Assembly: GCA_964016885.1 (NCBI GenBank)
Contig: OZ024742.1
Coordinates: forward strand, 210,924,001 to 210,988,000
From: Eledone cirrhosa
Taxonomy: Eukaryota
Direction: 5' to 3'
Length of the DNA: 64,000 nt
The position numbers and the translations under genes are program-made. Within the stretch, counting starts at the first letter, position 1, and each line of letters begins with the position of its first letter. The notes beneath the pieces are model-generated. The model did not search any database, was not told the origin of the DNA, and worked only from the letters and a program-made list of their open reading frames with translations. Of this stretch, positions 26,495 through 41,622 are shown in pieces.

Positions 26495-29400
26495 ATGCAA
26501 AAGTTCTATTTAAAGTTGTTGGGATACAACAAGTAAATATTTTTATAACTGATATAAAGCACTCGACAAGTTTTTGGAGTAGATATACGATATTAATAAA
26601 TGGAAACTATATTTATAAAACCATATTTATTTCATTATACATATTTCATCAGACCCAGCTCAGACTCAGCTCAGGTAACGGACCTTGTGGGCCTATTTAT
26701 AATTAATTCGCTACATAGAAAAATACCAGGTGTAACCGGAGGATTATATCGTGATAACATGCTTTTACTTATAGAAAATAATAGCTGTGAACTAAATAGA
26801 AAAAGAAAACAAATTATACAATTTTTTAATTACCTTAATCTAAAAATAGAAATAGAGAATAACCATAGAATAGTCAATTTTCTTGATGTAACACTAAATC
26901 TCAACACATGTCTTCACTATCCATTTCACAAACTAAATGAGAACTTGAATTATGTCAACTTTAATTCTAATCACCCCAGATCTGTTAAAAATACTATAGT
27001 GAACTCTGTTCAAAAACGAATTTCAAGAATTTCATCTAATAAAAATATATTTGATGAAAAAGCGCAGTATTACAACGAAGCGTTAGGTAGAGCTGGATAT
27101 AGAAATAAAATTAAATACATTGATAATAATAATAAGCAAACTAACCAAAATAATAACAATTTCAATTACGGTAACAACTTTAACAACTATAATAGAAAAC
27201 ATTACAATAATTCCAAAAGCCGAAAAAGAAATAGAACTAGAAATATATTATGGTTTGCTCCCCCTTTCTCACTAAATATTAAAACCCCTATTGCTAAACT
27301 ATTCTTTAAAGCTCTTGACACACGCTTCCCTAGAACACATAAATATTACTCAATTTTTAATAGACACACTATAAAATTAACTTAATCGTCCACCAAAAAT
27401 TTAGCACAAAATATTAATAGAATTAATAATAGGAATTTAAAACCTAACCAAAATACCAATAATAACCCAAACAATATTCAATTAAATAACTGTAACTGTA
27501 GAAATAAATCTAACTGTCCGTTAAATAACAATTGCTTAGCTAAAAATGTAGTGTACAATTGTAATGTTAAAACTAATTTAAATTCATTTAACTATGTTGG
27601 TTCCACCTCTACAGAATTTAAATTTCGCTTCAATAATCATAAGAATTCTTTCACAGATCCCAACAAAAAATCTTCAACTTCGCTATCTAGCCTACTATGG
27701 GACCTAAAACGAGATAATATTAAATATTCGATGAATTGGAATATTATTTCAAAAGCTACTCCTTTTAATTCCTCTTCAGAGAATTGTGATCTTTGTATTG
27801 AAGAAATATTCTTTATATTAAAGTCCAAAAATTCCCTTAATCTAAGGAATAATTTATTCAGTTGCTGCAGACATAGATTGAACTCAACGTTTAAATATAA
27901 ATTTAAAATGTATAAATAATTAACTAATTTTAGTTAATATATGGAACCTGTCGATAAATCATTAGATTCCTTCACCTTTTTCTTTTTAAACTTTCTTCCT
28001 AAATATAAACAAGGATATAATAAACTACTCTAAAATGTCTATACTTCCAATGTATTAAATAAAATATACGTAAGGTAAATTTCTATACTAAATATAAGGT
28101 TATCTGTAGAATCATTGGGGTTTTTTTTAAATCTTTTAAATTATTTTTATTTATTTGTTTTGATTATGATAGCTTCTCATAACTTTCATAAGTCTACCCT
28201 TTCAATATCTTGATTGAGATATACGTAGGATAAATTTCTATACTAAATATATAAAACATATTATTTTAACTTAAGATACTCTATAGTGTTTTAAAGATAT
28301 TTAATGCTTTGATATTTCTAGATTTCTTTTCTCTATACTGATATAGCTGCATTTCCAAAATATACTCCTTTGGTATTTTAAATTTATTTTGTTATGGCTA
28401 TGTTTACAAGTTATAATCCTTTAGTAATATATTGATATTTGATTATCTCTATGCAAATGCATATGTGTATATTAACATGCATAAAAAGTGTTATAGATTT
28501 TTTTGTGTCTATATATGTCTGTATATATACATGAGTGATGCGTGACAACACACGCAAATATTTATTTATACATATGTATGTGTATATATGTATGTGTATC
28601 TATATATGTGGTTGAGAGGTATGTTGCAGATATGCATAATATTAAACACATGAATGGTAATCGTATATATGAGGACATGAATATTAATCAGATATATTTG
28701 TATATATATATACTGTGAAATTTTTATAACACAGGGAATGTATAGCAGTGATTAAGAGAAATCATTTACGTTTTGTATGGCTATATTGTTGGCTTGAGTT
28801 AAACATAATTTCTATTTTCAGGACATGCGTATCTATATGTATATATATATATATATATATATTTGTATGTCTTTGCATAAAATACTGATCTCTATAGCAA
28901 GGGTACATTTTGAACTCAGATTTTGATATATTGATGTCAAGGTTCTAAACTAAACATATAGTCATTATTGAACAATGTTTAATTTCTCATATTATATATC
29001 TATGTCCCATTCATGAATATTGATACTTATATTTTTATTATTCATTTCATATAAATTGTTAACTCAACTTAATATGACATGACGTAAAGTGTTCATTGTC
29101 CCCCCCCCCCCCTCTCTATATAGTATTTCTCTCTCTTGAGTTTTTCTCTCTGTATGATGACTTGATATCTCTCTGTTGATTTCCTTTGTTTTTCTTATTT
29201 CTTCCTTTTCTTTGTCTTTTTTATTTTTTATTTCCTCCTATCTTTATTTATCTCTTTCTTTTCTCCATACATTTCTCTCTCTCTCCGATATTTCTCCAGG
29301 TTTTCTTTCTTTCTCTCTCTCCGTCTTTGTTCTTTTCTCTCTCTCCGTCTTTTTTCTTTTTCTTTATCTCCGTCTTTTTCTAATTGTGCTTAACACTATG

Positions 29401-29616
29401 ACTTATTAAAACAATATAAACAATTCACTATCCAAACAGCCTCCAAAAGTAATGGTTGTATTTTAAAAGGGTACGTCAAAGTTATTTGTAAAACTGTTAT
29501 ATATTGTATTTTGTCTGATGAAGGCATACCATAATTTAATATGGTATCCCTGAAATATGTATAATGAAATAAATATGGTTTTATAAATATAGTTTCCATT
29601 TATTAATATCGTATAT
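26495..29616 (+). mobile_element. 5'-truncated Naiad-type PLE, related subfamily, with short inverted arm
   Basis: ORFs 26655-27385 and 27551-27919 are homologous to the 737-aa ORF; YRDD changed to YRDN; TAA at 27383; 26583-26648 is an inverted copy of the 3' end, plus tail 26495-26582. Confidence 0.92.
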
Positions 29617-29657
29617 AACATATATATATATTTATAATCTATATATATATAATATAT

Positions 29658-29832
29658 ATAGATGAGATTCTACAGGACTAGAACTGTTTCATTCATTAGA
29701 AATCGATGATTTCTAATGAATGAAACAGTTCTAGTCCTGTAGAATCTCATCTATATTAAAACTTTTATACTCTGCTATGTATTGAGTACCTTACTTACTG
29801 TGGTTACCTCCGATTCAACCCGGTATAACGTA
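29658..29832 (+). mobile_element. Mini foldback: perfect 47-bp hairpin plus 3' tail, containing an HHR 3' half
   Basis: 29658-29704 is inverted at 29708-29754; (c)GATGA-tTTCtaatGAAt-GAAA-C...G-TC. Confidence 0.7.
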
Positions 29833-29913
29833 TATATAATATATATATATAACATATATATATATATAATATATATATATATATATAATATAATATATAT
29901 ATATATAATATAT

Positions 29914-29991
<78 letters not shown>

Positions 29992-30104
29992 TATATATAA
30001 TATATAATATATATATATATAATATACATATATAATATATACATATATATAATATATATATAATATATATATATAATATATAATATATAATATATATATA
30101 TATA

Positions 30105-30290
30105 ATTGTTTCTACTTTAGGCACAAGGCCAGCAATTACCAGTGCATTACTGGTACTTTATTTTATCGACCCCGTAAGGATGAAAGGCAAAGTCAACCTC
30201 GGCGGGATTTGAACTCAGATGGTAAAGGGACGTAACTATGCTGGAAAGCATGGCGTCCGACCCTCTACCGATACTGCCAATCCACCACCC
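30105..30290 (-). mobile_element. tRNA-derived SINE family B
   Basis: B box GAGTTCAAATCC; body 'actttgcctttcatccttacggggtcgataaaataaagtacc'; matches 33071-33260. Confidence 0.85.
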
Positions 30291-30309
30291 TTATATATAA
30301 TATATATAT

Positions 30310-30393
<84 letters not shown>

Positions 30394-30412
30394 ATATATA
30401 CATATATATAAT

Positions 30413-30444
<32 letters not shown>

Positions 30445-30491
30445 ATATATACATATATATAATATATATATATAATATATATATATATATA

Positions 30492-31336
30492 GTCCTTTTG
30501 TTGGGCTGCATTATATTTGTCCACATCACCATATGGACATTGAGGGCTTTTTCTCTATCCTCATGCTCCTGTGGTGTTACTTCTCTTGTGTTGGTGATGT
30601 GAGGTTGCATTGCCTGGATGTAGTTTGGCAGGCTGTCAACCGACATTCTGCCAGACTTATCTGTTGGAAAGCGTGCTATCTCTCCATTACGCGAGCGCTG
30701 CATGAGCTTACGCAAGCCATTTGCAGACTTTTCTCCCAGTTGCTGGGCCTCCATTCTATTATGCTTCTCGCTATACTGTTCTATAATATTTCTAAGTTCG
30801 TATCTAGCTATACTAAATTGTGCTTCTGTTTGTTCATCGACCTGCGACGGCAATTGCGTGCGTTTGTTAAATGGTAAAGTTGTTCTTCACGCTCCACATA
30901 TGACGTATTATCTTCGTTTTTTTGTTCATTGGCAGAGAACGTCTCTATGCACCACCTAAGAGAACATTAGTCTACGACCTCTTTTATACCATAAACCTGG
31001 TTCTGTCTTTGCACGTAAATGTTTTTCACAGCTCCTATTAATGACGTATTATATTCGTTTTTTCCCGTTCTTTGCCAGGGAACGTTTCCACGAACCAAAG
31101 TATCGTCTTCCTGTCTTCCTCCGGTTGCAACGTTTTTTTAAATATCCAGTTCTGCGTTTACAGATTGACTTTGTTAGTTTCAGAAGATCCCGTTAAGGGT
31201 GAAAGCAGCGATTCTTTCCTTAAACTTTAATCTGTTATTTTAATAAATATTTGCTCTACGGTTCTTATGTATTTGATATATATTTATCCTTATCGAGCCC
31301 TCTTTGGATTTTAGTCTTCAAATTTATTATTATTAC

Positions 31337-31340
<4 letters not shown>
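30492..31340 (-). mobile_element. PLE fragment: pre-RT ORF piece (minus) plus inverted pLTR with HHR (31176-31226, plus)
   Basis: 'GLRKLMQRSRNGEIARFPTDKSGRMSV' resembles the PLE DKG/DKSG motif region; 30880-31250 matches 4100-4660. Confidence 0.7.
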
Positions 31341-31379
<39 letters not shown>

Positions 31380-31631
31380 ATTATATATATATATTATATA
31401 TATATATTATATATATATATTATATATATATATTATATATATTATATATATATATTATATATATATTATATATATATATTATATATATATATTATATATA
31501 TATATTATATATATTATATATATATATTATATATATATATTATATATATTATATATATATTATTTATATATATATTATATATATATATTATATATATATT
31601 ATTTATATATATATATATTATATATAAATAT

Positions 31632-31664
<33 letters not shown>

Positions 31665-31672
31665 ATATATTA

Positions 31673-31722
<50 letters not shown>

Positions 31723-32147
31723 ATATATATTATATATTATATATATATATTATATATATTATATATATATATATTTATATATATTATATATATATATTTT
31801 ATATATATTATATATATATATATTTTATATATATTATATATATATATTTTATATATATTATATATATATATTTTATATATATTATATATATATATATTTT
31901 ATATATATTATATATATATATTTTATATATATTATATATATATATATTTTATATATATTATATATATATATATTTTATATATATTATATATATATATATA
32001 TTATATATATATATATATTATGTTTATATATATATTATGTTTATATATATTTTATATATATTATATATATATATATTATATATATATATATATTATATAT
32101 ATATATATATATATTATGTTTATATATATTATATATATATATACATT

Positions 32148-32376
32148 ATTGGCTGGACAAGCTCACCGGCATCCAGAGTTGACATTGCACTCAGTGCTCC
32201 TTTGGGAACCCCTACATGGACACACTAGAAGACGAAGACCAAGGTTAACATATGTTGATGCCCTAAGGACAGACACTGGTCTGTTGAAGATGCAGGATAT
32301 GGCCAGCGATAATGAGGGACAGAGACCGCTGGAGAGAACTCGTCCATGGATCTCGGGAATTTTACCCGCCTTAGAT
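32148..32376 (+). mobile_element. 3'-end fragment of a third LINE family (RTE/RTE-X-like)
   Basis: 'LAGQAHRHPELTLHSVLLWEPLHGHTRRRRPRLTYVD'; nearly the same as 33317-33540. Confidence 0.8.
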
Positions 32377-33070
32377 AGAGATATATATTATGTTTATATA
32401 TATTATATATATATACATTAATATATATATATATATTATATATATATATATTATGTTTATATATATTATATATATATACATTATATATATATATATATAT
32501 TATATATATATATTATATATATTTTATATATATATATTTTATATATATATATATATATTTTATATATATATATTTTATATATATATATTATATATATAAT
32601 ATATATATATTATATATTATATATATATTTTATCTCTATATATTATATATATATATATTATATATATTATATATATATATATTATATATATATTATATAT
32701 ATATATTTTATATATATTTTATATATATATTTATATATTATATATATTATATATATTATATATTTATATATTATATATATATTTATATTATATATATATT
32801 TATATTATATATATATATATATATTATATATATATATATTATATATATATATATATATTTATTATATTTATTATATATATATATATTATATATATATATA
32901 TATTGTATATATATATTATATATATATATATATATATTGTATATATTATATATTATATATATATATATATATATTGTATATATTATATATTATATATATA
33001 TATATATTGTATATATTATATATATATTATATATATATATATATTGTATATATTATATATTATATATATT

Positions 33071-33260
33071 GGGCGGTGGATTGGCAGTATCGGTAAGGGT
33101 CGGACGCCATGCTTTGAAGCATAGAGTTACCTCCCTTTATGATCTGAGTTCAAATCCCGCCGAGGTTAACTTTGCCTTTCATCCTTACGGGGTCGATAAA
33201 ATAAAGTACCAGTAATGCACTGGAATAATTGCTGGCCTTGTGCCAAAAGTAGAAACAATT
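33071..33260 (+). mobile_element. tRNA-derived SINE family B
   Basis: TGGCAGTATCGG A-box-like, GAGTTCAAATCC B box; same body as 30105-30290. Confidence 0.85.
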
Positions 33261-33314
33261 ATATATTATATATATATATATATTGTATATATTATATATA
33301 TATTATATATATAT

Positions 33315-33872
33315 ATCTAAGGCGGGTAAAATTCCCGAGATCCATGGACGAGTTCTCTCCAGCGGTCTCTGTCCCTCATTATCGCTGCCATATCCTGCAT
33401 CTTCAACAGACCAGTGTCTGTCCTTAGGGCATCAACATATGTTAACCTTGGTCTTCCTCTTCTAGTGTGTCCATGTAGGGGCTCCCAAAGGAGCACTGAG
33501 TGCAATGTCAACTCTGGATGTCGGTGAGCATGTCCAGCCAACCTCAGTCTCCTCTGTGTCACTTTTGAGCTGACTTTTGGGATGCTCCCATACAGCTCTG
33601 AGTTTTTCATCCTCAGTGTATACTGATTAATGTTCAGTATTTGGGAGCAAAGATTGGGAATACGGAAGATGATGTTGTTGAGAGGAAGAGCAAGGCCTGG
33701 GCGGCGTGTCACAGCTTGAGATCGGTGTGGAAGTCGGACCTTCGTAGAGACCTGAAAATCCTCTCTTCATTGCTGTAGTGGAGTCTGTGCTGCTGTATGG
33801 GTCTGAGACTTAGACACTGACAAGAGACTCACTCAGATGGTGGATGGGTGCTACACGAGAATGCTGAGGATA
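33315..33872 (-). mobile_element. RTE/RTE-X-like LINE 3' fragment with 5' inversion
   Basis: Minus strand: 'ILNINQY..RRLRLAGH..GRPRLTY'. Plus strand 33638-33872: 'YLGAKIG..VESVLLYGSET..CYTRMLR'. Confidence 0.85.
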
Positions 33873-34111
33873 TATATATATATATTATATATATATATAT
33901 TATATATATATTATATATATATATATATTATATATATATATTTTTTTATATATATATATTATATATATATTTTTATATATATATATATTATATATATTAT
34001 ATATATATATTATATATATATATATTATATATATATATATTATATATATATATTATATATATATATTATATATATATATATTATATATATATATATTATA
34101 TATATATATAT

Positions 34112-34145
<34 letters not shown>

Positions 34146-34273
34146 ATATATTATATATATATTATATATATATATATATTAAATATATATATATATATTA
34201 AATATATATATATATATTATATATATATTATATATATATTATATATATATATATATTAAATATATATATATAT

Positions 34274-34305
<32 letters not shown>

Positions 34306-34312
34306 ATTATAT

Positions 34313-34651
34313 ATCATCATCATTTCATTTTACGTCCACTTTTCCCTGCTTGCAAGGGTGGGACGGGAACTGATTCTGGCTTGATTTCTACAGCTGGATG
34401 CCCTTCCTAACACCAACCTCATTTACAGCGAGTGCTGGGTGCTTTTTTGCCATGGCACCTCCACGACCACTTTGCAGTGGAATGATAGGGACCCCAGTCC
34501 CTATCATCTCATTTCTACAGCTGAGTAAACTGGAGCAATGTGAAATAAAGTCTCTTGCTCAAGGAAACAACACATCACCCGGTCTGAGAATTGAACTCAC
34601 AACCTTTTGATTGCAAGGCCAATGCTCTAACCACTAAGCCATGTGCCTCCC
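34313..34651 (-). mobile_element. Full-length SINE family A
   Basis: Reverse complement of 11762-12112. Confidence 0.9.
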
Positions 34652-35210
34652 TATATATATATATTATATATATATATTATATATATATATTATATATTAT
34701 ATATATATATATTTTATATATATATATTATATATATATATATATGTTATATATATATATTTTATATATATATATATTATATATATATATTATATATATTA
34801 TATATATATATATTTTATATATATATATATTATATATATATATATATATTATAAATATTTTATATATATATATATTATATATATTTTATATATATATATT
34901 ATATATATTTTATATATATTATATATATTTTATATATATATATATTATATATATATATATATTTTATATATATATATTTTATATATATATATTTTATATA
35001 TATATTATATATATATATTTTATATATATTTTATATATATTTTATATATATATATTATATATATTTTATATATATATATATTATATATATATATATATAT
35101 TTTATATATAATATATTTTATATATATATTATATATATTTTATATATATATATTATATATATATATATTATATAGTATATATATATTTTATGTATATATA
35201 TTATATATAC

Positions 35211-35780
35211 TCTTTTACTCTTTTACCTGTTTCAGCCATCCGGCTGAGGCCATGCTGGGGCACCGCCCTTGTTGCTACACATTTTATCTCCAGCCTGTAT
35301 AGGTTGGCCACTGGTGTAAGAGGGAGTTTGGTGCTAGTCCCTCCAGGATTTTCCACATGTAGATCACTGCGTATCTCTCCCGTCTTCGCTCCAAGGAGTA
35401 GAGGTTCAGTTCCTTTAGCCTCTCCCAGTAGCTTGTCTCCCTCATCTTGGCAATCCTCTTGGTGTAGCTTCGCTGGATTGCCTCAAGCTCCGTGGTTAGT
35501 TTGACACTATGGGGTGAGCACAACTGGGAGAAGTAGTCCAGGCGGCTTAGGACAAAAGTCCTCCACAGTGTCAACATGGTGTCTCGATCTCTTGTCCGGA
35601 AAGTCCTCAAGATCCAGCCAGCGAGTCGTCTGCACATTGTCGCCACTTTCATGATGTGTGAAGAAAAAGATGCATCATCGCTCATGTCTATGCCCAGGTC
35701 TCGTATCGATTTTGACACGGGGATATCGGTCCCTCCTGGTCCTGTGTAGCTGTGTTCCACTATATTTGTGTTTGCAGGTT
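35211..35780 (-). mobile_element. CR1-clade LINE 3' fragment
   Basis: 'RDLGIDMS..ILRTFRTR..VLSRLDY..LEAIQRSYTK..YWERLKELNLYSLERRRER'; short-repeat tail (gagtaaaa)n. Confidence 0.88.
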
Positions 35781-35921
35781 TGTATATATATTATATATAT
35801 ATTATATATTATATATATATTTTATGTATATATATTATATATATATATATATTATATATATTATATATATATATATATTTTATATATATATTATATTTAT
35901 ATATATATTATATATATCTAT

Positions 35922-35953
<32 letters not shown>

Positions 35954-36450
35954 ATTATATATATATATATATTATGTATATTATATATATATATATATAT
36001 TATGTATATTATATATATTATATATATATATATATATAATAGATATATATATATTATATATATATATTATTATGTATATTATATATATTATATATATATA
36101 TATATTATGTATATTATATATATATATATTATGTATATTATATATATATATATTATGTATATTATATATATATTATATATATAAATATATAATATATATA
36201 TATATATATATATAATATATATATATAAATAATATATATATATAATATATATATATAATATATATATATATATTTATCTCTAATTTTTTCCTTAGTTCGT
36301 TTATGATTTTATATATAGTATACATATATATATACATATATATATATATACATATATATATACATATATATATATACATATATATATAAACATATATACA
36401 TATATACATATATATATACATAATATATATATATATACATATATATATAC

Positions 36451-36491
<41 letters not shown>

Positions 36492-36522
36492 CATATATAT
36501 ATAACATATATACATATATAAT

Positions 36523-36862
36523 ACAGGGTACCCGACCTCCCATGGGTACATGCTGAAGCATATAAACAATATGCCCCCCCCCCCCCCCACCGCAAGGTGG
36601 TCGTGGAGGTGCCACGGCAAAAAAGCACCCAGCCCACACTGTAAAGTGGACGTGTAGGCGCCACGAAAAAGCACCCAGCACTCACTGTAAATGAGGTTGG
36701 TGTTAGGAAGGGCATCCAGCTGTAGAAATCAAGCCAGATCAGTTCCTGTATGAGCAAGGCATGGTCAGCCGACCAGACACTGCCCACAACAGGACAACCC
36801 GTCTAACCCATGCTAGCGTGGAAGAACGGACGTAAAACGGTGATGATGATGATGATGATGAT
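36523..36862 (+). mobile_element. Non-autonomous RTE-related short element without a tRNA head
   Basis: Contains the 'gtggaggtgccac..gcacccagcccacactgtaaa' modules, the 'ggtgttaggaagggcatccag' motif and a 'cggacgtaaaacggtgatgatg' tail; second copy at 62957-63148. Confidence 0.75.
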
Positions 36863-36866
36863 ATAA

Positions 36867-36907
<41 letters not shown>

Positions 36908-37786
36908 TATATATAATATATATATATATATTATATATATATATTATATATATATTATATATATTATATATATATATTATATATATATTTATACATATAT
37001 ATATATTATATATATATTTATATATATATATATATTATATATATATATATATATTATATATATTATATATTTATATATATATATATATTATATATATAAT
37101 ATATATATATATTATATATATATATATTATATATTTAATATATATATATATATTATATAATATATATATATATTATATATATATATATTATATATTTAAT
37201 ATATATATATATATATTATATATTTATATATATATATAATATATATATATATTATATATATATATATTATATATTTAATATATATATATATATTATATAA
37301 TATATATATATATTATATATATATATATTATATATTTAATATATATATATATTATATATTTAATATATATATATATTATATATTTATATATAATATATAT
37401 ATATATTATATATATTATATATTTAATATATATATATATATATAATATATATATATATTATATATATATATATTATATATTTAATATATATATATATATA
37501 TTATATATTTATATATATATATTTTATATATATATATATATTATATTATATATATATAGTAATAATAATAAATTTGAAGACTAAGATAATATATATATAT
37601 TATATATATGTTATATATATATATATTATATATATATTATATATATATTTATATATATTATATATATATATTATATATATATTATATATATTATATATAT
37701 ATAATATATATATATATTATATTAATTATATATATATATTATATATATTATATATATTATATTATATATATTATATATATATAAAT

Positions 37787-37819
<33 letters not shown>

Positions 37820-38236
37820 ATATATATATATTATATATATATATATATTATATATATATATATATATCATATATATATTATATATATATATATATTATAT
37901 ATATATATATTATATATATATTATATATATATATATTATATATATATAGAGATTATATATATATTATATATATATAGATTATATATATATTATATATATA
38001 TATAATATATTATATATAGATTATATATATATTATATATATATATATATATATTATACATATATATATATATATTATATATATTATATATATATATAATA
38101 TATTATATATAGATTATATATATATTATATATATATATAATATATTATATATAGATTATATATATATATAATAATTATATATAGATTATATATATATTAT
38201 ATATATATATAATATATTATATATATATATATATTA

Positions 38237-38281
<45 letters not shown>

Positions 38282-38290
38282 ATATTATAT

Positions 38291-38323
<33 letters not shown>

Positions 38324-39164
38324 ATATATATATATATTATATATATATTATATATATATATATTATATATATATTATATATATATATATTATATATATAT
38401 ATTATATATATATTATATATATATATATATATTATATATATATATTATATATATATATATTATATATATATATATTATATATATATTATATATATATATA
38501 ATATATATATATATATTATATATATATATATTATATATATATATAATATATATATTATATATATATAATATATATATTATATATATATTATATATATATA
38601 TTATATATATATATTATATATATATATTATATATATATATATTATATATATATATTATATATATATATTATATATATATATATTATATACATATATTATA
38701 TATATATATATTATATATATATATTATATATATATATATTATATATATATATTATATTATATATATATTATATATATATATTATATATATATTATATATA
38801 TATATTATATATATATATTATATATATATATATTATATATATATATTATATATATATATATATTATATATATATATATATATTATATATTATATATATAT
38901 TATATATATATATTATATATATATATATTATATATATATATTATATATATATTATATATATATATTATATATACATATTATATATATATATTATATATAT
39001 TATATATTATATATATTATATATATATATATTATATATATATTATATATATTATATATATATTATATATATATATTATATATATATTTATTATATATAGA
39101 TATTATATATATATATTATTGATATTATATATATATATTATAGATATTATATATATATATATAG

Positions 39165-39207
<43 letters not shown>

Positions 39208-39713
39208 GAATAAGGAAAAGCGAAGTAGTTTCAGATGTTGAAGTCCTTTAATAATAATGCTGTGATATATATTTCAATGACGACACTGGCCACACTGTTC
39301 TGTGTGCGAGTGTCGTGTCATCATCAGACAGCTTGTTACATAATAAGGTTATGTGTCCGACGCAATCCAAATTGAATCGACATGGGAACGGATGAAGTTC
39401 GTGCTTTTGGGTTTTTCATCCGTTCCCTTGAAAAACCCAAAAGCACGAACTTCATCCGTTCCCATGTCGATTCAATTTGGATTGCCTCGGAAACAACCTT
39501 ATTATGTAACAAGCTGTCTGATGATGACACGACACTCGCACACAGAACAGTGTGGCCAGTGTCGTCATTGAAATAATATCACAGCATTATTATTAAAGGA
39601 CTTCAACATCTGAAACTACTTCGCTTTTCCTTATTCGATATTTACTCCGTCACTCCTATGTGGAAAAAGTACGTTGAGTGCTTGAATTGAATTGCATCAA
39701 TGTTTACCCTAAT
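39208..39713 (+). mobile_element. Non-coding palindromic element with a canonical HHR in each arm
   Basis: 39208-39418 is inverted at 39431-39636; one-sided tail 39637-39713. Confidence 0.88.
39513..39585 (+). ncRNA. Type I hammerhead ribozyme (inverted copy 39259-39332)
   Basis: gctgt-CTGATGA-TGAC..GACAC..GTGTC-GTCAtt-GAAA-T(ATAT)A-TC-acagc; perfect 5-bp stem I, AUC cleavage triplet. Confidence 0.8.
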
Positions 39714-39717
39714 ATAT

Positions 39718-39748
<31 letters not shown>

Positions 39749-39837
39749 ATATATCATCATCATCATCATCATCAACGTTTAACGTCCGTGTTCCACGCTT
39801 GCATGTATATATATATATGTATATATTATATATATAT

Positions 39838-39868
<31 letters not shown>

Positions 39869-39880
39869 ATATTTATATAT

Positions 39881-39911
<31 letters not shown>

Positions 39912-39999
39912 ATATTATATATATATTATATTATATATATATTATATTATATATATATATATTATATATATATTATATTATATATATATATATTATATA

Positions 40000-40079
<80 letters not shown>

Positions 40080-40932
40080 ATATATTATATATATATTATA
40101 TATTATATATATATATAATATAATATATATATATATATAATATATAATATATATAATATATTATATATATAATATATATATATATAATATATTATATATA
40201 TATATAATATATAATATATATATAATATATTATATATTATATATATATTATATATTATATATATATATAATATATAATATATATATAATATATAATATAT
40301 TATATATATATTATATATTATATATATATATAATATATAATATATATATATAATATATAATATATTATATATTATATATATATATAATATATAATATATT
40401 ATATATTATATATATATATAATATATAATATATATATAATATATTATATATTATATATATATTATATATTATATATATATATAATATATAATATATATAT
40501 AATATATAATATATTATATATATATTATATATTATATATATATATAATATATTATATATATATATATTATATATATAATATATTATATATATATTATATA
40601 TTATATATATATATAATATATTATATTATATATATATTATATATTATATATATATATAATATATTATATATATATATATTATATATATATATAATATATT
40701 ATATATATATATATTATATATTATATATATATATAATATATTATATATATATATATTATATATATATATATTATATATATATATAATATATTATATATAT
40801 ATTATATATATATATAATATATTATATATATATTATATATATATATAATATATTATATATATATTATATATATATATAATATATTATATATATATAATAT
40901 ATTATATATATATAATATATTATATATATATT

Positions 40933-40977
<45 letters not shown>

Positions 40978-41102
40978 ATAATATATTATATATATATTAT
41001 ATATATATATAATATATTATATATATATTATATATATATATAATATATTATATATATATAATATATTATATATATATAATATATTATATATATATTATAT
41101 AT

Positions 41103-41134
<32 letters not shown>

Positions 41135-41419
41135 ATAATATATTATATATATATATATTATATATATTATATATTATATATATATATTATATATATATAT
41201 ATATATTATATATATATATAATATATTATATATATATTATATATATATATATAATATATATATATTATATATATATAAATAATATATATATATTATATAT
41301 ATATATATATTATACTTCTCGAAAAACCTGGCATTTCGAGCCACTTTTTCCATATAAAACAAGTAACATTCAGAGACAACCAGTTGTGTGAAAAACCACA
41401 GACCCTCCATCTCAACTCA

Positions 41420-41457
41420 CCTTTTGAAAAGCAGAAGAACTGCGAAACCGGTAAAGG
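41420..41457 (+). ncRNA. Minimal hammerhead, U3-A8 variant (3' copy 46367-46425 with a 21-nt duplication)
   Basis: cctt-TTGAAAA-GCAGaagaaCTGC-GAAA-CCGG-TA-aagg; palindromic stem III. Confidence 0.75.
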
Positions 41458-41622
41458 AACCAAATAAATATATATATATTTTTTTTAAATAAGACTCCAG
41501 TTGCATTTTCGATTTCATCTCTTTTTCTCTATACTTTCACTCGTGTAGGACACCTCGGTTATTTTTCATTTTGTAAAAAAAACCTCACTTTCTAATATAT
41601 ACCCACCACACGAAGACCGAAA

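Larger units (their letters stand above)
31341..41312. repeat. Long (TA)n/(TATTA)n region with small TE insertions
   Basis: Seen directly; all I/Y-rich ORFs here are translations of microsatellite. Confidence 0.95.

Noticed and set aside
20729-27919. Selenoprotein-type Naiad (in-frame UGA reported for some Naiads)
   Set aside because: The intact ORF has no in-frame TGA and the stop in copy 2 is TAA. The TGA at 5328 in the other PLE is not at a Cys position and is probably CGA decay.
36523-36580. HDV-like ribozyme at the head of the tRNA-less RTE-related element
   Set aside because: Has a 'gac-ctcccat' loop-like motif, but I could not build P1, P2 and P1.1 in both copies.
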